The translations under genes and the position numbers were made by a program. From contig JBGPXN010000071.1 of NCBI GenBank assembly GCA_041492755.1, positions 1 through 21,530 on the forward strand: a DNA stretch of 21,530 nt. The letters run 5' to 3'. The notes beneath the pieces were generated by a model that was given only the letters and a program-made list of their open reading frames with translations, did not search any database and was not told the DNA's origin. The DNA comes from Candidatus Methylomirabilia bacterium (lineage in GTDB: Bacteria > Methylomirabilota > Methylomirabilia > Rokubacteriales > CSP1-6). This document shows, in pieces, positions 8,791 to 17,200 of this stretch. How positions within the stretch are numbered: position 1 is the stretch's first letter; each line of letters begins with the position of its first letter.

Positions 8791-10054
8791 AAAGTACGAG
8801 CGCGGCGCCGCCTTCGGCCGGCCCGGGCCCTGGCGGCAGGACGTCATCGTTCGCCTCGACGCCCGGACGTTCCCCTCCGCGTTCGAGCCCGACGGCCGCG
8901 AAGCGCTCGCCGACCTCCGCGCCGCCGCCGAGGCGCTCGCGGGCGAGGGCGCCGCGCGGCTGACCCGCCATCGCGGTTACGCCGCTGGTCTTCCCCACGA
9001 GTTGCGCCTCGGTGCCGGCGAGATCGATCGCGCGTATGCGCGGGCGGGAGCGTTCGGGTTCCGCCCACTGGGCGGAGACCTTCGCGAACTGGGCGCTCGG
9101 GTCGGTGCGCTCGCGGCGGACCCTGGACCAGCGTGGATCGTCACGTATCTCGGTGAGGTGTCGGCCCGGAGCGAAGCCGGCGATCTGGCGCCGTTGGGCC
9201 TGCAACGCGAGCGGTTCAAGCGGGAGAAGCCCGACGTGCTGGACGCGCTCACGGCGGCGGCCATGCTCGCCCGCGGCCTCGCCGGGTGGGAGCGGGTGGT
9301 GAGCGAGCGGATCTTCGGCGATTCCAAGCGGCTGAGCGCAATACGCCCGCTCGTCGCGGACATCCTGTGGCGCGCCGATCCGCGCTGGGCCGGGCTATCC
9401 CGCGATGACGTTCCGGACCTGCTGGAGGCTTACGGCATTCGCCGCAAGCCGGGCGTCTTGCGCTGTGCCGGGCGCGCATCGCTCAAGATCTCGGCGCGGC
9501 TCTATGACCTCGAGGCCTTCGCGCCGACCGCGCACCTGCCGGAAGCATGGGCCGCCGCGTGGGTTGACGCGCTGGTCGACGCCGGGACGAGCCACGTCAC
9601 GACGATCGAGAACGAGGTGCCGTTCCTCGCCTACGTCGACGAAGCAGGCGGCGCGACCGGCCTCGGGGCCCGGCACGAAGTCGCCGTCTACACCGCCGGG
9701 TTCCCGGCCCCGTTTCTCCTCGACACACTTGCCGCCGTCTCGGCCCGGGCGCCCTCGCTGCATTTTCGACACTGGGGCGACGCGGATCTGGGCGGGCTCC
9801 GGATCTGGTGGCTGCTTCGAACGCGCATCGCCGGCCCGCTCACGCTGTTCCGGACCGACGCCGGGTGGCTCGAGGACACGGTGCGCGCGGGAGGCGGCAC
9901 CCCGCTCACCAGGAGCGAACGCGCGGGCCTCGGCGATCTTCGTCAGCAAATGCTCGAGTCGCCCTGGGGTTCCGCGGCCGACGTGGCTGACGCGGTCCAG
10001 CTCGTCAACACGCTGCTTCGCCTCGGCCTCAAGGTCGAGCAGGAGCGATGGTAA
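8738..10054 (+). CDS. jetD: Wadjet JetD, Topo VI-A-like Toprim nuclease (DUF2220-like)
   Basis: 438 aa with SERIFGDSKRL, Toprim Glu in TTIENE, YTAGFP, DxD in HWGDADLGG and terminal KVEQE. It overlaps jetC by 53 bp. Confidence 0.9.
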   Translation: MPFPGTTARQELLCRLLEKYERGAAFGRPGPWRQDVIVRLDARTFPSAFEPDGREALADLRAAAEALAGEGAARLTRHRGYAAGLPHELRLGAGEIDRAYARAGAFGFRPLGGDLRELGARVGALAADPGPAWIVTYLGEVSARSEAGDLAPLGLQRERFKREKPDVLDALTAAAMLARGLAGWERVVSERIFGDSKRLSAIRPLVADILWRADPRWAGLSRDDVPDLLEAYGIRRKPGVLRCAGRASLKISARLYDLEAFAPTAHLPEAWAAAWVDALVDAGTSHVTTIENEVPFLAYVDEAGGATGLGARHEVAVYTAGFPAPFLLDTLAAVSARAPSLHFRHWGDADLGGLRIWWLLRTRIAGPLTLFRTDAGWLEDTVRAGGGTPLTRSERAGLGDLRQQMLESPWGSAADVADAVQLVNTLLRLGLKVEQERW

Positions 10055-10095
10055 GGGTCTACGTGTCCATCGACGCGCTCGGCACGCCAGCGCCT

Positions 10096-10563
10096 TCATG
10101 CACTCTTGGCGCGTACGACGAGATCGACGTCGCAATCGAGAACTTGAAGCAGCCGCACGAGCTGATCGACAGATTTGTTGTAGTTCGCCTGATCCAGGAG
10201 TCGATACAGCTGAGCGGGTGAGGTTCCGAGTCGGCGAATGATTTCGCGCCTGGCCAGCCGCGTCGCGGCAAGGCGTTTCTGGGCTTCCAGAGTCAGTCGA
10301 TATACGAGCTGGTCCCGGAGGTAGTCAGGGTCCTGGTTGTACTCCAGGACCTCTTCGACGTGCACGGTTCCCTCTCTGCCGGATTCCAGTGTGTAGGTAA
10401 AGCCTTCCGACCCGAGCTCCTGGTCGACATAGACAACGGCGACGGCGTCATCACGTGTAGGCTGCACCTCGAGCCTCGAGAAAGGAAACACAAGACGCCG
10501 CTTGGCCGTGCTTACCTCGAATGCCTTGCGGCGATTGTTCGCCTTGACGCTTCGAATCTTCAT
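10096..10563 (-). CDS. Putative antitoxin with a C-terminal XRE-type HTH (DhiA-like)
   Basis: C-terminal RREIIRRLGTSPAQLYRLLD...SVDQLVRLLQVLDCDVDLVV helix-turn-helix. It has a 4-bp ATGA overlap with the upstream small gene. Confidence 0.75.
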   Translation of the reverse strand: MKIRSVKANNRRKAFEVSTAKRRLVFPFSRLEVQPTRDDAVAVVYVDQELGSEGFTYTLESGREGTVHVEEVLEYNQDPDYLRDQLVYRLTLEAQKRLAATRLARREIIRRLGTSPAQLYRLLDQANYNKSVDQLVRLLQVLDCDVDLVVRAKSA

Positions 10564-10754
10564 ATCCGGCCCTCGGACTCCAGCTCATCGATCAAACGCA
10601 GAATCTTGGCAGAGGCTTTGCCCTTCATCGATTTCTTGTTGTCGAGGTCCCATTTCACGACCAGTCTCCCGCTTCGGTACACGTGCACGTGACGCGGCGG
10701 ATGATCGCTCTTCCAGGCGATGAACACATAGCCACCCCGACGGGTCTTCGGCAC
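10560..10754 (-). CDS. DUF4160-family small protein, putative toxin (DhiT-like), 64 aa
   Basis: GGYVFIAWKSDHPPRHVHV motif (DHxPxHVHV). The start is reassigned to GTG 10754, 5 nt after a TAACGT -10 box. Confidence 0.8.
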   Translation of the reverse strand: MPKTRRGGYVFIAWKSDHPPRHVHVYRSGRLVVKWDLDNKKSMKGKASAKILRLIDELESEGRI

Positions 10755-10759
10755 TGATG

Positions 10760-10789
10760 ACGTTACCTCACAGGGTAACTCTTTTACAA
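10760..10789 (-). promoter_or_regulatory. Promoter/operator of the DUF4160-HTH module
   Basis: Minus strand TTGTAA-18 bp-TAACGT, with the perfect inverted repeat GTTACC-N6-GGTAAC (10762-10779) overlapping the -10. Confidence 0.6.
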
Positions 10790-10811
10790 TAGCGCCGGGC
10801 GATCTCGTCAA

Positions 10812-10841
10812 TGTCCAAACTTCGATACAGAAGTGAACGCT
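10812..10841 (+). repeat. 30-bp conserved junction motif, copy C
   Basis: TGTCCAAACTTCGATACAGAAGTGAACGCT, ending 47 nt upstream of the addB-like ATG. Confidence 0.9.
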
Positions 10842-10844
10842 ACT

Positions 10845-10881
10845 GTCTGTGACCCTCCCTGTCATAGACTCCCGTTAACAT
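10845..10881 (+). promoter_or_regulatory. Putative operator and -10 box of the addB/addA-like operon
   Basis: Inverted repeat GTCTGTGAC-N7-GTCATAGAC (10845-10869, 1 mismatch), then TAACAT (10876-10881) 7 nt before ATG 10889. Confidence 0.55.
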
Positions 10882-10888
10882 CCTCGTC

Positions 10889-13800
10889 ATGATCCCCGTG
10901 CTCTGGACCACCCGCGCCGGCGCCGAGGCAATCGCCGCCGGTCCGGCCGTTACCCCACTCCCGTCGCGGACCGTCCTGATTCCTCGCGAGCGGGTCGCCC
11001 ACTCCGTACGACGCGAGATGGTCCGGATAGGACACGCCACCACCCTCGCCGGGACGCGGTTCCTCCCCGGCCCAGCCGCCGCCGCAGCCGTGCTCACCGC
11101 CGCGGGGATCGAGTTCACGCCCGGCGAAGAAGCGCTACGCCGGACGCGGCTCCTCGTCCTCTTCCGCTGCGACCCCTCCCGCGGCGATCTCACGCTCGAC
11201 CACTTTCCACCCGCACTCCTCCGTGACCGCCCCGGCTGGGACGACGCCTTCGCCCAAACCATCGCCGCCCTGGAGGCCGCCGGCCTCCGTCCGGAAGCGC
11301 TCGACGCCAAAGACAACGCCCGGCTCCGCGACGTCGCCACAATCTGGCGCGCCGTGGACAACCTCGCCGCCCACTCCTGGACCACCGCCCGCATCCTCCT
11401 CGAAGCCGCCCGAACCCTGGAAGCTCGCCCGACCGTATGGCTCTTCTCCGGCCCAACGCTGGCGATCGCCACCGGCCACGAAACCAACGCCCACGCCCGG
11501 TTCCTGAGAGCGATCCCGAACGCCACGCTGGCCCTCCTCGCCGCCCGCCCCCTGCGCGAGCGCCACATGGCCCGCGTCGAAGCCCTCTACGGTCCGGAAG
11601 CGCGCCACGCCCTCGCCCAACCCGCCCCACGCGCGAGCACTACCGAGCGCGATCTCCTCGCCTCCTACCTCTTCGAACCCCCGCCCGTCCTGGCCGCCGC
11701 CGATCGGCCCCGCAGCGCCGGTCCGGACGGCACCGTGCGCCTGGAGGAGCACGCGGGCGTCGAGGCCGAGGTGGAGGCAACGGCGGACTGGGTGGCCGAG
11801 CAGGTGGCCGATGGCATCGCGCTGGAGGAGATCGCGGTGCTGATGCCGGCGATCGATCCGGTGGGCGCGCTGGTCGCCGAGCGGTTGGCGCGGCTCCCAT
11901 ACCCCAACGGCGCCCTCCCCGTCCACGTGGCCGGTGGACTCCCGCTCGCGGGGACGGCGGCTGGCGCGCGGGCGCTCGCGGTGGTGCGGGCGTTGCGCGC
12001 GTATCTGTCGGGCGAGCAGCTCGCCGCGGTGCTGCCGGCGCTGCGCACGACCACCCAGGACGCTGCGGACGAACGCGCCGATGACACGCACCACGTCCGC
12101 CACCTCGCCCACGGCGCGGCGATGGATCTCGTGTGGTCGCTCGGCACCGCCGGCGGCAACGCGGCCCGGCCTGAGGGCGCGCTGGAGTGGGCGACACGCC
12201 TGGCCGCGCGCGAGCCGCAGCTCGAGGCGCAGCTCGCGCGGGCGCGGGCGGCGGGGGACGATCCCGAGCGCGCGGGGCTGGCGCGGACGGCGCGCGAGCT
12301 CGAGCGGCTGCTCGGCGATCTGCGCGCGGCACGGCCGGCGATCGAGGCGCTCGTGGATGTCGCGCGGCTCGTGGTGCGGGCCGCGCCGCTGTCGACGCTG
12401 TGGCCGGCGCTGCGCGACTTCCTCGCCGACTGGCTGCTGCAGCCGGGCGCGGGCGCGCGGGTGCACGCGCTGCTCGACGAGCGGCTGGCGGCGGCCGCGG
12501 GCGATGCGGCGTGTGGCGCGCTCAGGGGCGACGACGCGCTCCGCGTGATCGAGGACGCGATCGCGACCCTCCGCCTGCGCACCGGGCGGTTCGGTGATCC
12601 GGCGGTCTACGTCGGGTCGCTGGCGGGCGCGGTCGGCCTGAGCTTCACGGCGACGCGCGTGATCGGGCTGGCCGAGGGGCACCTGCCGCCGCTGGTGCGC
12701 GAGGATCCCGTCGTGCCCGATGCGCTGCGCGAGCGGCTCCGCGTGCCGGCGCTCGGGGGCCAGACGGTCACGCCGGCGACGGCGGAGGCGCGGGCGCTGG
12801 AGACGCTGCACGCGCTCGACAGCGTCATCCGCGACACGACTCGGCGGGTCGCGCTCTCGGCCCCGCGCCTGGACCTCGACCGCTCGCAGCGCGAGCCCTC
12901 CTCCGTCCTCCTCGAGGCGGCGGCCGCGCTCGGCCGGCCCAACGCGGTCACGGGCGAGCCGGCCAGCGCGATCCCCGACACGACGGCGCTGCGCCGCGAC
13001 GCCTTCGTGCCGGCGCGGCGGGCGGCGCTCGACTTCCGCCTCGCGCGTCCGCTCGCGCAGTCCGCGTGGCAGGACGCCGTGGCGCGTGGAACCGCCAGCG
13101 TGCCGCCGCGCTGGCGTGGGTCGCCGGCGGTCGATCTCGACCGCATCGCGGCACTGACCGACGCCACGCAGTTCACCGCGCTCGACGGCCTGCTCGGCGT
13201 CGCGACGGCAAACATCGCGGTGCCAGGAATCACCGCAGCGTGGCCCATTTCGCCGTCACGGCTGCAGACCTTGCTTCAGTGTCCGCACCACTTCCTGTTC
13301 GAGTCGCTCCTCGGCTTCCACGAGCCCTCGGGCGCGCCGGTGCTCCGCGAGATCGGGCAGCCCGCCTACGGCGGATTGTTCCACTCGGTCGCCGAGGAGT
13401 TCTTCCGCGCGCACGGGGCGCCGTTCTGTGCGGGCCAGGAGACGCCCGAGCACTGGCTCGCCGCCGCGGACCCAATCGTGGATCGGATGTTCGAGGCGTT
13501 CATCGACAAGTACCCCCTTCTAGGCGATGCCGTCCGCGGCGCCCAGCGGCAGCGCTTGCGGGAGGACCTGCGCGACCTGCTGCGATACGAGTGGGCCCTC
13601 GGCGCCCGGCGCTTCGTCGCCACCGAGCGGTCGTTCGGCGAGCCGGTGCCGGTCGAGCTCGCGCTCGGCGGCCGGTCGCTGTTCGTGCGCGGCACGATGG
13701 ACCGGATCGACGTCGACGGCCGACGCACGCTCGTGCGCGACCTCAAGACCGGGCGCGTAAGTCCGCGTTATGGCAGTGCTACGGGGCCCGACCACGTTGG

Positions 13801-14209
13801 CGATATCCAGATCGCGGTCTACGGGCTCGTGGCCGAGCGGCTCGCGCGCGAGTGGGCGACGCCGGCGGCCGTCGGTGTCTCGTACGTGGGGCGCCACGGT
13901 GAGGTGCGCGACTTCATCGGCGACTTCGCGACGGTCCTGGCGCCGGGGGCGCGGGAGTGGCTCGGGCTCGCGGGTGACCTGCTCGGCCAGCGGATGTTCC
14001 CGCGAACACCCGACAAGGACGACTGCACGTACTGCGCGTTCCGGCCGGTGTGCGGTGACCGGGTGTACGAGCGCGCGGCCTCCGTGCTGGGCTCCGGCAA
14101 CGACGCCTTGCGCCGACTCCTCGTCCTCAAGCGCCCCGACAGTCTCCAGCACGGCGAGAGCGTCGAGCATGGCGACAGTTTCGAGCACGGCGAGAGCCAG
14201 GACGACTGA
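10889..14209 (+). CDS. addB: AddB-like protein: degenerate helicase-like scaffold + C-terminal PD-(D/E)XK RecB-family nuclease with Fe-S cysteines
   Basis: 1106 aa with ISPSRLQTLLQCPHHF, YGGLFHSV, ATERSFG, RGTMDRID..VRDLKTG, QIAVYG and CTYCAFRPVC (1+3 Cys). No Walker A is evident at the N-terminus. Confidence 0.8.
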   Translation: MIPVLWTTRAGAEAIAAGPAVTPLPSRTVLIPRERVAHSVRREMVRIGHATTLAGTRFLPGPAAAAAVLTAAGIEFTPGEEALRRTRLLVLFRCDPSRGDLTLDHFPPALLRDRPGWDDAFAQTIAALEAAGLRPEALDAKDNARLRDVATIWRAVDNLAAHSWTTARILLEAARTLEARPTVWLFSGPTLAIATGHETNAHARFLRAIPNATLALLAARPLRERHMARVEALYGPEARHALAQPAPRASTTERDLLASYLFEPPPVLAAADRPRSAGPDGTVRLEEHAGVEAEVEATADWVAEQVADGIALEEIAVLMPAIDPVGALVAERLARLPYPNGALPVHVAGGLPLAGTAAGARALAVVRALRAYLSGEQLAAVLPALRTTTQDAADERADDTHHVRHLAHGAAMDLVWSLGTAGGNAARPEGALEWATRLAAREPQLEAQLARARAAGDDPERAGLARTARELERLLGDLRAARPAIEALVDVARLVVRAAPLSTLWPALRDFLADWLLQPGAGARVHALLDERLAAAAGDAACGALRGDDALRVIEDAIATLRLRTGRFGDPAVYVGSLAGAVGLSFTATRVIGLAEGHLPPLVREDPVVPDALRERLRVPALGGQTVTPATAEARALETLHALDSVIRDTTRRVALSAPRLDLDRSQREPSSVLLEAAAALGRPNAVTGEPASAIPDTTALRRDAFVPARRAALDFRLARPLAQSAWQDAVARGTASVPPRWRGSPAVDLDRIAALTDATQFTALDGLLGVATANIAVPGITAAWPISPSRLQTLLQCPHHFLFESLLGFHEPSGAPVLREIGQPAYGGLFHSVAEEFFRAHGAPFCAGQETPEHWLAAADPIVDRMFEAFIDKYPLLGDAVRGAQRQRLREDLRDLLRYEWALGARRFVATERSFGEPVPVELALGGRSLFVRGTMDRIDVDGRRTLVRDLKTGRVSPRYGSATGPDHVGDIQIAVYGLVAERLAREWATPAAVGVSYVGRHGEVRDFIGDFATVLAPGAREWLGLAGDLLGQRMFPRTPDKDDCTYCAFRPVCGDRVYERAASVLGSGNDALRRLLVLKRPDSLQHGESVEHGDSFEHGESQDD
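14138..14197 (+). repeat. 18-bp coding tandem repeat (about 3.3 units) at the addB-like C-terminus
   Basis: gacagtctccagcacggc / gagagcgtcgagcatggc / gacagtttcgagcacggc / gagagc, encoding DSLQHG ESVEHG DSFEHG ES. Confidence 0.85.
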
Positions 14210-14210
14210 A

Positions 14211-17200
14211 GTGCCCGTCACACAACGCAAACCGGCACCCGATCAGAATGAGCGCGACGCCGCCGTCTTCGAGCGCGAGCGCAACGTGCTGATCGACGCC
14301 GGCGCCGGCACGGGCAAGACGACGATCCTCGTCAACCGCCTGGTGGAGATGGTCGCGCCGCGCACCGGAGCCGTCGCGATTCCCATCAAGCGCCTCGCCG
14401 CCATCACGTTCACCCGCAAGGCCGCCGGCGAGCTGCGCCTGAAGATCCGCGAGCAGCTCCTCGCCGCCCTGGCCGAGCCCGGCCTGGCGGCGGAGCGCGA
14501 CACGCGGCTGCGGGCGGCCCTGGCCGATCTCGACACCGCCTACGTCAGCACCATCCACAGCTTTGCCGACCGGCTGCTGCGCCTGCGGCCCATCGAGGCG
14601 CAGCTCAGCCCGGGCTACGAGATCGCCGAGGACGACGACGAGCTCGTGCGCGCGACCTGGGAGCTGCTGGTCCACGGCGTCGAGAACAACACGCTCGCCG
14701 CCGAGCTGGCCGGCACGCCAGCGGCGGCCCACGCCGATGAGGCCGCGCGGACGATCGCCCTGGCCATCGCCGCCGGCCTGCGCGCCGAAGAGCGCGAGGG
14801 CGAATGGCGGACGGACTACGGGCTCGACTCGCTGGTCCGGGGCTTCGTGCGTCACCGCGACGTCCCCCCGGACGACGTCGAGCCCGCCGCCCTCGACACG
14901 ACCGAGTTCCGCCGGGCGGTCGAGGCCCTCGTCGCCGTAGCCAAGCCCGTCCGTGGGACATCACCGGGCGCGCGGTGGATCCGGGACACCGCCGACTTCC
15001 TCGCCCGGCTACGCGGCGAGCACGACCCGGCCGTTCTCTTCCAGCACGTGCTCCGGGCGACCCAGCGCAAGCCGCGAGGCCGCGTCACGAAGCGGGACAC
15101 CTTCGACGGCGACGACCTCGCCTGGAAGGCCTGGCAGCGGATCACCGGCAAGTCCAAGGGGGATGAGCCGGCGCTGCTCGACACGCTGCGCGCCCCACTC
15201 GATCGCTGGATGGCCACGCGGCTGGCGCGCCTCTTCCCCGTCGTGCTGGCGCTCTACGAGAAGGTGAAGGCGCGCCGGCAGGTGCTGGACCAGCTCGACC
15301 TGCTCGTGAAGCTGCGCAACCTGATTCGCGATCACCGCGAGGTTCGCGGCGAGTTCCAGCAGCTCTTCGACCACGTCTTCGTCGACGAGTTCCAGGACAC
15401 CGACCCGCTGCAGGCCGAGATCGTCCTCTTCCTCTGCGAGCGCGAGCCGCGCGCGGCGAAGTGGGACGACGTCGTGCTGCGCAACGGCGCGCTCACCCTC
15501 GTCGGCGATCCCAAGCAGTCGATCTACCGCTTCCGCCGCGCCGACGTCGCCGTCTACGACCGCGTGCGCCAGGTGGTGGCGCGCGGCCCGCACCTGACGG
15601 TGACGCTCTCGGCGAACTTCCGGAGCGTGCCGGCGCTGATCCAGTGGGTCAACGACCGGTTCGACACGATCCTCGGCACGTCGCCGGACGGCCAGCCATT
15701 CGACCCGGCGACGGGCACGGTCTACCACCAGCGCCTCATTCCCGGCCGGGGTGGCGAGGCCACGCGCCCGGTGCACGTCCTGTCCGTCGAGTTCCCGGAC
15801 GCACGCAAGCGCACGGTCGACGCGTACCGGGCGCTCGAAGGCGAGGCGCTCGCCCGGTATCTGCGCTGGCTCGTCGAGGCCAGCGACGTGCGGATCGAGG
15901 ACCCGCTCGATGGCCGCCGTCGCCGCGTGCAGTACGGCGACGTCGCGATCCTCGCCGTCTCCACCTGGCGCCTGTCGCTCCTCTTTCCCTGGCTCGACGC
16001 CGCCGACATCCCCTACGCCTCGCGCGGCGGCACCCTCTTCCTGGAGGATCCGCTGAGCCGCCAGTTCCTGCTCGGCCTGCGCGCCCTCGCCGACCGCGAC
16101 GACGGGGTGGCCGAGGCCGCCCTGCTCCGGCCGCCGTTCTTCGCGCTGGACCCGACTGACCTGCTGCTGGAACGCGAGGCGTGGCGGGCGGACGGAGCCG
16201 ACATACCGCACGAGGACGCCGTCCGCCGGGTACACGAGGCGCGCGAGCTGATCCGCGGCCTGCGCCGCCAGCGCCTCGACCGTCCGCCGGGGGCGACCGC
16301 GCGCGACCTGCTCGACCACACCGCGTTCGCCCGCGCCGTCGCGCTCGGCCCGAACGGCACGCAACGGCTCTCCCGCCTGCGCGAGCTGTGCTTCGTCCTC
16401 GAAGAGCGCGCGGCGCGCGAGAGCCTGGACTACGACGCGGTGACCGCGCGCGTGCGCGACTGGGTCGCGAGCCCGCCCCGGCTCGATCCGCCCCACCCAG
16501 TGGGCGCCGAGGCCGTACAGATCCTCACCGTGCACCAGGCCAAGGGCCTGGAGTTCCCCGTCGTCGTGCTGTGGGACGGCCAGGGGCAGTGGGAGGCCCG
16601 GCTCCAGGACGAGCCCTGGCGCATGGAGCGCGACGGCCGCGGCTGGACGCTGGCCGTCGACGGCGTCGGCTGGGAGGAGCCGGCCGGGCTGGAGTTGCGG
16701 AAGACCGAGCGCGCCTACCTCCTGGCGGAGCGGCGCCGCGTGGCCTACGTCGCCGTGACGCGAGCGCGCGATCTGCTCGTCGTCCCGCGATCGACGAAGT
16801 CGGGCGACGCGACGGGATCGACGAAGTCGGGTGACGCGAGGACGGGGGCCGCGAGATCAGCCGCGGCCAGGGCCACCGCCGCAAACGCCGGCGGCGCGAA
16901 GGCGGGCAAGATCATCTGCGCCGACCTGCTCGCCGGCGCTGATGCGAGCCGGATGCTCGAGCTCGCGCCGTACCGTCACGGCGCCGGAGCGCCGTGGGTC
17001 AGCGAGATCCCAGCGCCTGCCGCCCGCACGCCGGTCGACGGCACAGCGCTGGAGCAGGAGGTCGACGGATGGTGGCACCCGGCGGTGGCGGACGCCGCGC
17101 GCCCGCGATTCAAGCCGGTGAGCGTTTCGGCGGAGGCGCATGCGATGGCCGAGGAGGAGGACGAGACCGAGCGCGCCGCGCGCAAGCTCCGCGCGGGCCG

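Noticed and set aside
1839..10841. 30-bp repeat as a CRISPR array
   Set aside because: Spacing is 851 and 8122 bp with whole genes in between, and there are no cas genes. The AddB Fe-S nuclease domain is only Cas4-like in fold.
13770..14210. 147-aa N-terminal extension of the addA-like ORF
   Set aside because: It overlaps the addB nuclease domain in another frame and is Arg/Ser-rich shadow sequence. Helicase motif I follows GTG 14211 at the normal distance.
6538..16535. Long antisense ORFs (6538-8847, 11135-12811, 15009-16535 and similar)
   Set aside because: These are typical stop-poor shadow frames opposite high-GC genes and have no recognisable motifs.
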